This document shows, piece by piece, positions 1 through 8,871 of a DNA stretch of 64,000 nt (positions are counted from its first letter, which is position 1; every line of letters begins with the position of its first letter). Location: positions 11,716 to 75,715 of the forward strand of contig MNYN01000011.1 of NCBI GenBank assembly GCA_001873105.1, written 5' to 3'. The notes beneath the pieces were generated by a model, which was not told the origin of the DNA, ran no database searches, and saw only the letters and a program-made list of their open reading frames with translations. Position numbers and translations under genes: made by a program. This DNA comes from Flavobacteriaceae bacterium CG2_30_34_30 (GTDB lineage Bacteria; Bacteroidota; Bacteroidia; Flavobacteriales; Flavobacteriaceae).

Positions 1-9
1 TACACTCAT
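1..9 (-). CDS. 5' end (Met-Ser-Val) of the next gene of the operon, running off the window; probably a type III polyketide synthase
   Basis: Minus strand reads TAATG AGT GTA: the methyltransferase stop overlaps an ATG at 9-7. The product call rests only on the usual flavobacterial gene order (FAD oxidoreductase, methyltransferase, type III PKS). Confidence 0.35.
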
Positions 10-719
10 TATTTTTGTAATATCCATTGGTAACGAAAAGCCCATTTCCAATGTATGGTTTGTGATTTTATTGGTAATGGGCGTGCAAATTCTTCTAAAT
101 CTGCACGTTTAAATCCTCTTAAGATGGAAATTAATCCATCGTTTTTTGCTATTTTACTTTTAAAGAAAATAGTGCTAAAGACCTTAAAAAGTTGATATGC
201 TAATACGTTTCTATGCAAGTCGTTTATTACTACCCCCACATTTGCTAAGGGAATTAATGTTTTTAAAAATTGTCTAATTTCAATTTCCTTAAAATGGTGC
301 AAAGTAAGGGTGCAAAGAAAAATATCTGCATGGCATTTTTTAAAAACCTCTGAAAAGACATCTAAAGATACGAAAGAAATATTCGGTACCAATTTGGATT
401 TTTCTTTTGCATTTATAATGGTGTGCTTGTTAGCGTCTAGTCCTATTAATCGAAAATTTCGATTGTTTTTTTGGGCATATTCAGCACATTTTAAGAGCAT
501 GTGACCATCGCCACAGCCTATGTCCATAATTACAATTTCTTTTTCTATTGGTATATTGGCAATCAATTTTTTTATACCGTTTATCGTAATTGCGTTTCCG
601 CCAAGATATTTGTTTACTAATTTTAAATCTTGGAGCACCATTTTCAATTCTTCCCCTTGAAGTTCGAAATTGTCCATTATTTCCTTTTGATTGCTTCTAT
701 TTTGGGTATGGATAATCAT
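9..719 (-). CDS. Class I SAM-dependent methyltransferase (type found beside type III PKS genes)
   Basis: SAM-binding motif IMDIGCGDG, plus LTLHHF and INDLHR. 4-nt overlap with the upstream gene. Confidence 0.85.
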   Translation of the reverse strand: MIIHTQNRSNQKEIMDNFELQGEELKMVLQDLKLVNKYLGGNAITINGIKKLIANIPIEKEIVIMDIGCGDGHMLLKCAEYAQKNNRNFRLIGLDANKHTIINAKEKSKLVPNISFVSLDVFSEVFKKCHADIFLCTLTLHHFKEIEIRQFLKTLIPLANVGVVINDLHRNVLAYQLFKVFSTIFFKSKIAKNDGLISILRGFKRADLEEFARPLPIKSQTIHWKWAFRYQWILQK

Positions 720-1849
720 GGATTTAAATCGTGAATGGTTTTCCCGTGGGTTTTTTGAATAATTTTAGGTACAATCCCCGGAAAACGAATGGCTGTTTGT
801 ATTCCAACATACAAAAACCCGGGTCGGATAAACATTTTTTGTAACACCGATGCTGTTTTTAATCGGCTTTTAAAGGTAGCGTTCCATTTTTGAGTATATT
901 CCTTTTCCAGACTTTCTCTAGCGATTGATTTTGAATTATAAAAAGTAATGATAATTTCCGAAAGAATTTTAGCACTGTGTATGGCCATTGCCATTCCATT
1001 GCCACATAAAGGATGAATAAGTCCTGCACTATCACCTGCCATTAAAATATGGTTTTCTACCGGTTTTTTGGTTTCAAAAGAAATCTGGCTTATGGTAAGA
1101 GGTCTTTCAAAAACCGGAATAGCTTGATGTAAGAATTCCTTTAAAAAAGGGTTTTTAGATAATTCCTTTTGTTCAAATTCCGGAATGCTTTTATGCGTTT
1201 TAAAGACATTGTAGTTGGCTAAATAACACATATTTACAAGGTTATTTTCCACTTTTGACAAACCACAATAACCTCCATTAAAATGGTGAAGCGCAACAAC
1301 ATCATCAGGAAAAGCAGCTTTATAATGAGCTTTTACTGCCAACCATGGTGATTTTTTGGATGCAAAATCCCTGTCTAAAGTTTTATCCATATTCGATCGT
1401 TTTCCAAAAGCTCCTATTACATATTGCGAGGAAAAAGAGGCTCCATCTGAAGTAATTACTGTAAATAGATTTTCTTCAAAATTAATCTTTACCACGGTTT
1501 CTTCTATAATTGTTGAAGTTTCTTTTACTTTTTTTGCGAGCAAATGATCCAAACAATACCTGCTAATACCAAATCCACCTAGTGGAAGTTGTTGTTGTAA
1601 ATACGCACCGGTTTTAGAGGATAAAATAAGTTTATCGATTTGTTTTGCTTGGTGTTTTAGGGGATAAATGTTTAAAGAAGCTAAATAAGGTAAAACTTCA
1701 TTAGACACATATTCACCACATACTTTGTGATTTGGATATGCATTTTTTTCAATTACCAATACAGAAAGGTTGTTTTTTGACAAGTGCAAAGCACTGGTTA
1801 AACCAGCAAGACCGCCACCAACAATAATGATATTGTAATTTGCATTCAT
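716..1849 (-). CDS. NAD(P)/FAD-dependent oxidoreductase (geranylgeranyl reductase/FixC-like flavoprotein)
   Basis: Dinucleotide motif IIIVGGGLAG, plus KVCGEY and GDSAGLIHPLCGNGM. ATG at 1849 preferred over the TTG at 1867. Confidence 0.85.
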   Translation of the reverse strand: MNANYNIIIVGGGLAGLTSALHLSKNNLSVLVIEKNAYPNHKVCGEYVSNEVLPYLASLNIYPLKHQAKQIDKLILSSKTGAYLQQQLPLGGFGISRYCLDHLLAKKVKETSTIIEETVVKINFEENLFTVITSDGASFSSQYVIGAFGKRSNMDKTLDRDFASKKSPWLAVKAHYKAAFPDDVVALHHFNGGYCGLSKVENNLVNMCYLANYNVFKTHKSIPEFEQKELSKNPFLKEFLHQAIPVFERPLTISQISFETKKPVENHILMAGDSAGLIHPLCGNGMAMAIHSAKILSEIIITFYNSKSIARESLEKEYTQKWNATFKSRLKTASVLQKMFIRPGFLYVGIQTAIRFPGIVPKIIQKTHGKTIHDLNP

Positions 1850-1896
1850 AGGGGTTAAAGTAAACAAATAGAATAAAAATAGTTGCTTTTTTAAAC

Positions 1897-1945
1897 AAAA
1901 AAAGAGACTAAACAGTTAAGTATATCACTTAGCATTTAGTCTCTT
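1897..1945 (-). terminator. Intrinsic terminator after the OmpA-family gene
   Basis: AAGAGACTAAA (1902-1912) and TTTAGTCTCTT (1935-1945) form an 11-bp stem, followed by a U-run on the minus strand. Confidence 0.75.
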
Positions 1946-1966
1946 ATAGTAGGTTAAATTAAATTT

Positions 1967-2674
1967 TTAATTTTCTCCTGCTTCTTTTTTAGCGTCGTCA
2001 ATCATTTTTTGATTTGGAACGATGGCAACGTTTACACGGCGGTTTTTAGCACGTCCTTCAGCAGTGCTATTGTCATGTGTTGGTTGATCAGGTCCAAACC
2101 ATTTTGTGGTAAAACGACCGCTGCTAATACCTTTACCGGTTAAAAATGCGGTAACAGACATTGCTCGATCTCTAGATAAAGTCATATTATATTCGTAAGG
2201 GCCAGTACTATCGGTATGTCCAACTACCAAGATGTTAGTATCTGCATATTCCTTCATCACATTGGATAACTTATTTAAGTTTTCTTGAGATTGTGCATTA
2301 AGATCACTTTTATTAGTAGCAAAATAAACACCACTACCCTCATCAAAAGTAATAACAATAGCATCATCAATACGTTCTACTTGAGCCCCAGGAATTTCTT
2401 CCTCAATTTTTTGTGCTTGTTTGTCCATACGGTTTCCAATAAGGACTCCGGCAGTACCACCTACAACACCACCTATTACGGCACCAATCTCGCTGTTGCC
2501 ACCTTTACCAATATTGTTTCCAAGGATTGCTCCTATAACGGCACCTCCGGCAGCACCAATTACGCCACCTTTTTGAGCATTATTTGCATTTTTTGTTGCT
2601 TCACAGCTTGTTGATAAAGATATTAGTGCTATAGAAATAGCAAGTATACATGTGGTTTTAAATAATTTTTTCAT
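1967..2674 (-). CDS. OmpA-family lipoprotein with glycine zipper (YiaD-like)
   Basis: Lipobox-like LSTSC, glycine zipper GGVIGAAGGAVIGA, and OmpA_C motifs VGHTDSTG, LSRDRA, NRRV. Confidence 0.9.
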   Translation of the reverse strand: MKKLFKTTCILAISIALISLSTSCEATKNANNAQKGGVIGAAGGAVIGAILGNNIGKGGNSEIGAVIGGVVGGTAGVLIGNRMDKQAQKIEEEIPGAQVERIDDAIVITFDEGSGVYFATNKSDLNAQSQENLNKLSNVMKEYADTNILVVGHTDSTGPYEYNMTLSRDRAMSVTAFLTGKGISSGRFTTKWFGPDQPTHDNSTAEGRAKNRRVNVAIVPNQKMIDDAKKEAGEN

Positions 2675-2681
2675 CGTTGTG

Positions 2682-3158
2682 TTAGTTTAATTTATTAAAA
2701 TTCATAAAAATGGTAAATGGTTTTCCGTCTACAGTTAAGTTTTGCTCCCAAACCATGTTGGTGTCATTAAGTTGTGCCAAACGTACTCTAAATCCTTGAT
2801 TTGTTTCAGAGCGTCCACGCTCATCGGTTGGTTTAAGAAGAAAATCATATAATCCGGTAGAAGCATCTACTTGGTCTATGGTAAAAATAAAATTTCTTTC
2901 TCCCATAGAACAACCAGCGGAATTGATAGTATATTTTCCGGTATTGTTATTTGGTATAAAGCGCCAAGTACTATTTTCAAAACAATCTTTAGAAACGTCG
3001 TTAAAAATAGTAACGCTATAGCTTCCACTTTCACTGTAGGTAATGGAATTAATTGTCCACTCTCCTTTTATTATTTTTTTTGAGTCTTTAACTTCTTTTG
3101 GTGTTCCACAAGCTAATAACATAGCTGCAACAGTAAATAATACAATAAGTTTTTTCAT
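2682..3158 (-). CDS. Lipocalin-like lipoprotein
   Basis: Signal peptide II LLACG, IKGEW motif, beta-rich body. 7 nt from the OmpA-family gene. Confidence 0.7.
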   Translation of the reverse strand: MKKLIVLFTVAAMLLACGTPKEVKDSKKIIKGEWTINSITYSESGSYSVTIFNDVSKDCFENSTWRFIPNNNTGKYTINSAGCSMGERNFIFTIDQVDASTGLYDFLLKPTDERGRSETNQGFRVRLAQLNDTNMVWEQNLTVDGKPFTIFMNFNKLN

Positions 3159-3229
3159 AGGTAAATAGTTTAATAGATGTTAATTTAGTTAATTTAGTTA
3201 AATTAATAAAAGTTTTTTTAATACAAAAT

Positions 3230-3391
3230 TTATTTTTTAAACAGCCTAAATACTAAAGAAATAATAAAAAGAATAATAAAAATGAAAAATATAACTTTAG
3301 CGATTTCTGCGGCACCAGAAGCAATACCACCAAAGCCAAAAACGGCAGCAACTAAAGCAATGATTAATAGAATTACAATCCAGCGTATCAT
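3230..3391 (-). CDS. DUF1328 (UPF0391/YtjA-like) small membrane protein, 53 aa; not in the ORF track
   Basis: Manual translation [53 protein letters not shown] carries the family motif [10 protein letters not shown]. Confidence 0.9.
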   Translation of the reverse strand: MIRWIVILLIIALVAAVFGFGGIASGAAEIAKVIFFIFIILFIISLVFRLFKK

Positions 3392-3488
3392 ATTTTAAAG
3401 TATTTTAAACATTGATACTATAAAGGTATGGTAAATTACACGAGCATATAAAACTGTTGGTAATCATTTAACCTTTTTTGTTAAAAGA

Positions 3489-5495
3489 TTAATAAATTAA
3501 AAGGGTTAATAGTTCTTTTTCAAAACGCTCTTTTGGAAGGTATTGTTTTTCTAATGAGGAAGCAAACGGAATGGGAGTGTTTAAGCTACCAACACGTTTT
3601 ACAGGAGCATCCAAGTATTCAAAACAATTTTCAGTAATCATAGCAGAAATGTCAGATGCAATACCTCCAAAAACAGCATCCTCTTGAAGAATAATTGCTT
3701 TACCTGTTTTCTTTACCGAGGTAAAAATGGCTTCATCATCTAATGGTTGTAATGTTCTTAAATCAATGAGGTCTGCGTTAATTTCCGGATGTTTTTCTAA
3801 AGTTTCTAATGCCCAATGCACACCTGCACCGTAAGTTATAATGGTAATATCTTTTCCTTCTTTTAAAAGAGAAGCTTTTCCTAAAGGCAACGTATAATAG
3901 CTGGTTGGCACATCTTGATGTACACTTCTGTATAATGCTTTATGTTCAAAAAACAAGACTGGGTTTGGGTCTTCAATACTTGTGGCTAACAATCCTTTTG
4001 CATCATAAGGAAATGCCGGATATACCACTTTAAGTCCCGGTGTGTGCGTAAACCAAGCTTCGTTTGTTTGGCTATGAAAAGGTCCTGCACCTACCCCTGC
4101 GCCACAAGGCATTCGCACCACCACATCCGCATTTTCTTCCCATCGGTAATGCGATTTTGCTAAATAATTAACTACAGGATTGAACCCAGAGCTGACAAAA
4201 TCTGCAAACTGCATTTCTACAACGGCTTTATACCCGTTTATAGACAATCCCATAGCGGCAGAAATAATGGCGGATTCACATATAGGGGTATTACGTACCC
4301 TTTCCTTTCCAAATTCCTCTAAATAACCTTCTGTAATTTTAAAAACACCTCCATATTCTGCAACATCTTGTCCCATAATAACTAAATTATTATGCCGTTG
4401 CATACTTTGTCTAAGTCCATCAGAAATAGCATCAATTAGTCGTATGTTTTTTACTTCTTCAGAAGGCTTAACCTCCTGAAATACAATATCTTTATACACA
4501 TCTTTTAACTCGTTACTTTCATCAGATTCGATAGCGTTTTCAGCGTATGCAAGGTCTAAGCTGTGATTGATTTCTATGTTAATTTCTTTTTTATAGGCTG
4601 CTTTTATTTCATCAGAAAGAATGTTATTTTCAAACAAATAATTTTCAAAATTTGACACAGGGTCTTTTAATGCCCATGCCTCCATCAATTCTTTTGGAAC
4701 GTATTTAGTACCGCTCGCCTCTTCATGGCCGCGCATTCTAAAAGTAATAAACTCCAGCAAAACGGGTCTTGGCTTTTCACGCATACTTTCTGCTAAAGCC
4801 GAAACTTTAGTAAAAACTTCTAGGATATTGTTACCATCTATTTGGTGCGCTTCCATACCATAACCAATGCCTTTATCCACCATTTGTTTGCAGTGGTACT
4901 GTTCGTTAGTTGGTGTGGAAAGTCCGTACCCATTATTTTCTATGCAAAAAAGAACAGGCAAATTCCACACAGAGGCAACATTTAATGCTTCGTGAAAATC
5001 GCCTTCGCTAGTTCCGCCTTCTCCGGTAAATACAGCGGTAACTTGTTTGTTTTTTTTAAGAAGATTGGCTAAAGCAATACCATCGGCTACTCCTAATTGT
5101 GGACCAAGATGGGATATCATTCCAACAATTTTATATTCTTGGGTACCAAAATGAAAAGACCGATCTCTTCCTTTGGTAAAACCACTAGCTTTGCCTTGCC
5201 ATTGAGCGAATAAGCGATATAAAGGAATTTCACGTGCAGTAAACACTCCTAAATTTCTATGCATCGGAAGAATATATTCTTCGGGTGTTAAAGCAGCAGT
5301 AACGCCTACAGCGATAGCTTCTTGCCCAATGCCACTAAACCATTTAGAAATTTTTCCTTGACGAAGCAAAATGAGCATTTTTTCTTCTATTAATCGAGGC
5401 TTAAGCATCGTTTTATAAAGGTGTAACAGTTGCTCGTTTGTTACCTCATGTTTTTTATATGTAATGGCCGTTTTTTCAGAAATTTCAGTATGCAT
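3489..5495 (-). CDS. 2-oxoacid dehydrogenase E1, fused alpha/beta (probably branched-chain 2-oxoacid dehydrogenase)
   Basis: TPP motif GEGGTSEG...ENN, FRMRGHEE loop, and beta-subunit motifs NTPICE, EMQFADF, GPFHSQ. Confidence 0.9.
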   Translation of the reverse strand: MHTEISEKTAITYKKHEVTNEQLLHLYKTMLKPRLIEEKMLILLRQGKISKWFSGIGQEAIAVGVTAALTPEEYILPMHRNLGVFTAREIPLYRLFAQWQGKASGFTKGRDRSFHFGTQEYKIVGMISHLGPQLGVADGIALANLLKKNKQVTAVFTGEGGTSEGDFHEALNVASVWNLPVLFCIENNGYGLSTPTNEQYHCKQMVDKGIGYGMEAHQIDGNNILEVFTKVSALAESMREKPRPVLLEFITFRMRGHEEASGTKYVPKELMEAWALKDPVSNFENYLFENNILSDEIKAAYKKEINIEINHSLDLAYAENAIESDESNELKDVYKDIVFQEVKPSEEVKNIRLIDAISDGLRQSMQRHNNLVIMGQDVAEYGGVFKITEGYLEEFGKERVRNTPICESAIISAAMGLSINGYKAVVEMQFADFVSSGFNPVVNYLAKSHYRWEENADVVVRMPCGAGVGAGPFHSQTNEAWFTHTPGLKVVYPAFPYDAKGLLATSIEDPNPVLFFEHKALYRSVHQDVPTSYYTLPLGKASLLKEGKDITIITYGAGVHWALETLEKHPEINADLIDLRTLQPLDDEAIFTSVKKTGKAIILQEDAVFGGIASDISAMITENCFEYLDAPVKRVGSLNTPIPFASSLEKQYLPKERFEKELLTLLIY

Positions 5496-5606
5496 AGTTA
5501 GGTATATATTCCGCTTGTAAAAGTAGAAAAAAATGTTGTGTCGTATTAATTTAAGAGAACAAAAAATGAATGAAGTTTTTCATTTCAATACCCTTTAAAT
5601 TTTTGG

Positions 5607-5614
5607 TATCTTTG
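5607..5614 (+). promoter_or_regulatory. Bacteroidota sigma-A -7 element (TATCTTTG) upstream of the 2OG oxygenase
   Basis: Exact TAnnTTTG match about 28 nt before the ATG at 5642. Confidence 0.55.
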
Positions 5615-5641
5615 AAGCGGTTAAACCTATAAAATGGAACT

Positions 5642-6595
5642 ATGAATACGATACCAAGCGTTAATCTGGCCGATTTTTTAAGTGAAAATCCTTTGCAAAA
5701 ACAAAAATTTGTAGAGGAAATAGGAAAAGCATACGAAGAAATTGGATTCGTATCTTTAAAGAAACATTTTTTAAGTGATGTTTTAGTAGAGGCTCTATAT
5801 AAAGAAGTAAAATCATTTTTTGCACTTCCTGCAGCGATTAAAAAGAAATACGAACGCGAAGAACTTAGCGGACAACGTGGGTATGTATCTTTTGGAAAAG
5901 AACATGCAAAAGGTAAAAAAGAAGGCGACTTAAAAGAGTTTTGGCATTTTGGTCAAGAACCGGATGCTGATGCAAAATTAATAGACGTTTATCCAGATAA
6001 TATATATGTAGAAGAACTTCCTAACTTTAATGCCACAGGAATGGAAGCGTACCGAATGTTAGAAAAAACAGGTATTTATGTACTTCGTGCATTGGCTTTG
6101 TATTTAGGATTGGATGAATTTTATTTTGATTATTGGGCAAAAAACGGAAACAGCATTTTACGCCCTATTCACTACCCCCCTATAACAGAAGAACCAAAAG
6201 GTGCCGTTCGTGCCGGTGCTCATGGCGATATCAATTTAATTACCTTGTTAATGGGGGCTTCTTCTGGAGGATTGCAAGTGCTTCGGAAAGACGGGCAATG
6301 GATAGATGCTATCCCACAAGAGGATGAATTGGTTATTAATGTTGGAGATATGTTAGAACGCCATACTAATAATAAATTAAAATCTACCATTCACCGAGTT
6401 ATTAATCCTCCAAAAAAAGAATGGAACAAGCCAAGATATTCCATTCCGTTTTTTATGCATCCACGAAGCGATATGAAATTGAACTGCTTAGACGTTTGTA
6501 TCGATGAAAATCATCCTAAAGCTTTTGAAGATATAACAGCAGGTGATTTTCTCTATCAACGATTGGTGGAAATAGGATTAATTAAAAAGGAATAA
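5642..6595 (+). CDS. Isopenicillin N synthase-like Fe(II)/2-oxoglutarate dioxygenase
   Basis: HxD (AHGDI), distal His (IHRV), RYS motif, and N-terminal DIOX_N-like region. Confidence 0.9.
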   Translation: MNTIPSVNLADFLSENPLQKQKFVEEIGKAYEEIGFVSLKKHFLSDVLVEALYKEVKSFFALPAAIKKKYEREELSGQRGYVSFGKEHAKGKKEGDLKEFWHFGQEPDADAKLIDVYPDNIYVEELPNFNATGMEAYRMLEKTGIYVLRALALYLGLDEFYFDYWAKNGNSILRPIHYPPITEEPKGAVRAGAHGDINLITLLMGASSGGLQVLRKDGQWIDAIPQEDELVINVGDMLERHTNNKLKSTIHRVINPPKKEWNKPRYSIPFFMHPRSDMKLNCLDVCIDENHPKAFEDITAGDFLYQRLVEIGLIKKE

Positions 6596-6654
6596 CCTTG
6601 TGGAAAATAGTATCTCAAAAAATATAATTTATCGATTTTTAATCGTTACATAAC

Positions 6655-6987
6655 ATGGACTTAAAAGACCAACTCAAACAATTATTTCCAGACCACGAGC
6701 TTTCAGAAGCGGAAGAAAATGCCGAATACGAAGAAAAACAACCTTGGATGCAAAAAGAACCTTTGCTCTGTAAATATGAAAGGCGCAAAGGAAGCCCAAC
6801 AACAATCATTGAAGGCTATACTGGTACTGCTGAAGACTTTAAAATTTTAGCAAAAGAGTTAAAAACTACATTAGGCGTTGGTGGAAGTTTTAAAAAAAAT
6901 CAAATCATCCTGCAAGGCGATTACCGAAATGAAATTATGGATCTTTTAAAAGACCGAGGGTTTAAAGTGAAACGCGTTGGGGGGTAA
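6655..6987 (+). CDS. Translation initiation factor SUI1/eIF1 family (YciH-like)
   Basis: RKGSPTTIIEG, LKTTLGVGGS, IILQGDYR. Confidence 0.9.
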   Translation: MDLKDQLKQLFPDHELSEAEENAEYEEKQPWMQKEPLLCKYERRKGSPTTIIEGYTGTAEDFKILAKELKTTLGVGGSFKKNQIILQGDYRNEIMDLLKDRGFKVKRVGG

Positions 6988-7041
6988 TAAATTTTTGAAT
7001 TATAAATTAAGCATTATGAGATATGGAAAATGAAATAATTT

Positions 7042-7069
7042 TCTCAAATCTAATATCTCAAATCTAAAA
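7042..7069. repeat. 7-bp-period degenerate tandem repeat
   Basis: TCTCAAA TCTAATA TCTCAAA TCTAAAA. Confidence 0.7.
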
Positions 7070-7076
7070 AAAAACA

Positions 7077-7946
7077 ATGAAAATAGCAGAGTCAGAACTA
7101 ATATTAAATCCTGACGGCAGCGTGTATCACTTACATTTAAAAGCCGGGCAAGTTGCCAATACCGTAATTACCGTAGGCGATTCTGACCGCGTTGAAGAAA
7201 TAACGAAGTATTTTGAAAAAGTGGAATTTACCATACAAAATCGTGAATTTAAAACACAAACCGGCTTTTATAAAGGGAAACGTATCACCGTTATATCCAC
7301 AGGAATTGGAACAGATAATATTGATATTGTATTAAATGAACTGGATGCCGTAGTAAATATTGATTTAGAAAAACGACAAGTTAAAAAAACGTTGACTTCA
7401 CTAGATATTATACGAGTAGGAACTTCAGGTTCTATTCAAGAAAATATACCTTTAAACTCTTTAGTTGTCAGCAAAATGGCTATTGGTTTTGACAGTGTGT
7501 TACATTTTTATAAAAATGAATCCATTCAAGAAAAAGATGCAACAGAAGCTTTTATAAAACACACGAATTGGTTTGCTAAAAAATCGGCTCCTATTGTTGT
7601 TACTGCTGATGATGCACTTTCAAACAAATTTAAATCTGAAAAAACTAAATTTGGAATTACCGCTACCAATGTAGGTTTTTATGGCCCTCAAGGCCGCGTG
7701 CTTCGCCTTCCACTTCAAGACCCGGATATTAACACAAAATTAGCCACTTTTACCTATAAAGATTTATTTATTACCAATATGGAAATGGAAACAGCAGGAA
7801 TTTATGGACTTTCCAAATTATTAGGACATAAAGCGGTTTCGTTAAATGCTATTATTGCAAATCGCGTGACTGGTCAATTCACCAAAAAACCTGCTAAACT
7901 TGTAGAAGAGTTAATCTTGTTTGCTTTAGATCGTATTATAAAATAA
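7077..7946 (+). CDS. Nucleoside phosphorylase (uridine phosphorylase/PNP_UDP_1 family)
   Basis: GSVYHL, STGIGTDN, RVGTSG, GFYGPQGR, NMEMET. Confidence 0.9.
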   Translation: MKIAESELILNPDGSVYHLHLKAGQVANTVITVGDSDRVEEITKYFEKVEFTIQNREFKTQTGFYKGKRITVISTGIGTDNIDIVLNELDAVVNIDLEKRQVKKTLTSLDIIRVGTSGSIQENIPLNSLVVSKMAIGFDSVLHFYKNESIQEKDATEAFIKHTNWFAKKSAPIVVTADDALSNKFKSEKTKFGITATNVGFYGPQGRVLRLPLQDPDINTKLATFTYKDLFITNMEMETAGIYGLSKLLGHKAVSLNAIIANRVTGQFTKKPAKLVEELILFALDRIIK

Positions 7947-7950
7947 AGGC

Positions 7951-8805
7951 ATGAAAGAAATACGCATTGGTGGTGTACCCGAACATTTTAATCTAGCTTG
8001 GTATCTTACTCTTAAAGAAAAATCTTTTCAAAAAGAAGGAATTAATCTGCGTTGGAAAAATTATTTTGGAGGAACAGGTGCAATGAATAAAGGACTTCGA
8101 GAGAAAGAAATTGACATTGCCGTGATACTTACCGAAGGTATTCTGAGAGATATCATTCTAGGGAACCCCTCAAAAATAGTACAAGTTTTTGTAAAATCAC
8201 CATTGATTTGGGGAATTCATGTAGCGTCTAATTCTTCCTTCCAAAGTCTTTCTGATTTAAAAGGAAAACAAGCCGCGATAAGTCGTTTTGGCTCCGGCTC
8301 GCATTTAATGGCATATATTCATGCAAAAAATCAGGGATGGGATACTACTAAAGACCTAAAATTTAGAGAAATAAGTGATTTAGAAGGTGCTTTAAAAGGA
8401 CTACCTATAGGCATAGGCGATTATTTTATGTGGGAAAAATTTACAACAAAACCGTATGTTGATAATGGTGTTTTTAGAAGATTAGGAAACTGCCCAACCC
8501 CTTGGCCTTGTTTTGTTATTGCAGTAAGAAACGAAGTTTTAGAAAAGGATCCAAAAAGCATAAAAACAATTTTAGAAATTATTAATCAAGAAACCAAGCA
8601 ATTTAAAAAACTTCCAAACATCGAAAACATCCTTTCTAACCGATATAACCAAAAAACTGAAGATGTAAGAGAGTGGTTATCCTTAACCGAATGGAGCCAA
8701 GATCAACTTAACGAGACCATTGTGCTTAAAATTCAAAGTCAATTATTATCAATTAATTTGATTGATAAAATAATCCCAATGGAAACTATTTTATATAAAA
8801 TCTAA
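7951..8805 (+). CDS. Type 2 periplasmic-binding-fold protein (NMT1/THI5-like, Ca3427-like) lacking a signal peptide
   Basis: GGVPEHFN, GGTGAM, SRFGSGSHLMA, WEKFTTKP, TPWPCFVI. Confidence 0.75.
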   Translation: MKEIRIGGVPEHFNLAWYLTLKEKSFQKEGINLRWKNYFGGTGAMNKGLREKEIDIAVILTEGILRDIILGNPSKIVQVFVKSPLIWGIHVASNSSFQSLSDLKGKQAAISRFGSGSHLMAYIHAKNQGWDTTKDLKFREISDLEGALKGLPIGIGDYFMWEKFTTKPYVDNGVFRRLGNCPTPWPCFVIAVRNEVLEKDPKSIKTILEIINQETKQFKKLPNIENILSNRYNQKTEDVREWLSLTEWSQDQLNETIVLKIQSQLLSINLIDKIIPMETILYKI

Positions 8806-8824
8806 AAAATATGTTAACAAATAC

Positions 8825-8851
8825 GCAACCTTTTTTTGTTTTCTACATCTA
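8825..8851 (+). promoter_or_regulatory. Putative ECF-sigma-type promoter GCAAC-N16-CATCTA
   Basis: Same spacing and near-identical boxes to the element at 44001-44027. Lies 20 nt before a small ORF. Confidence 0.45.
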
Positions 8852-8871
8852 AGAGAAAACAAACCAACGTT

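Noticed and set aside
5642-6595. Beta-lactam biosynthesis (isopenicillin N synthase)
   Set aside because: No ACV synthetase or other cluster genes are present, and the IPNS-like fold is widespread among unrelated 2OG oxygenases.
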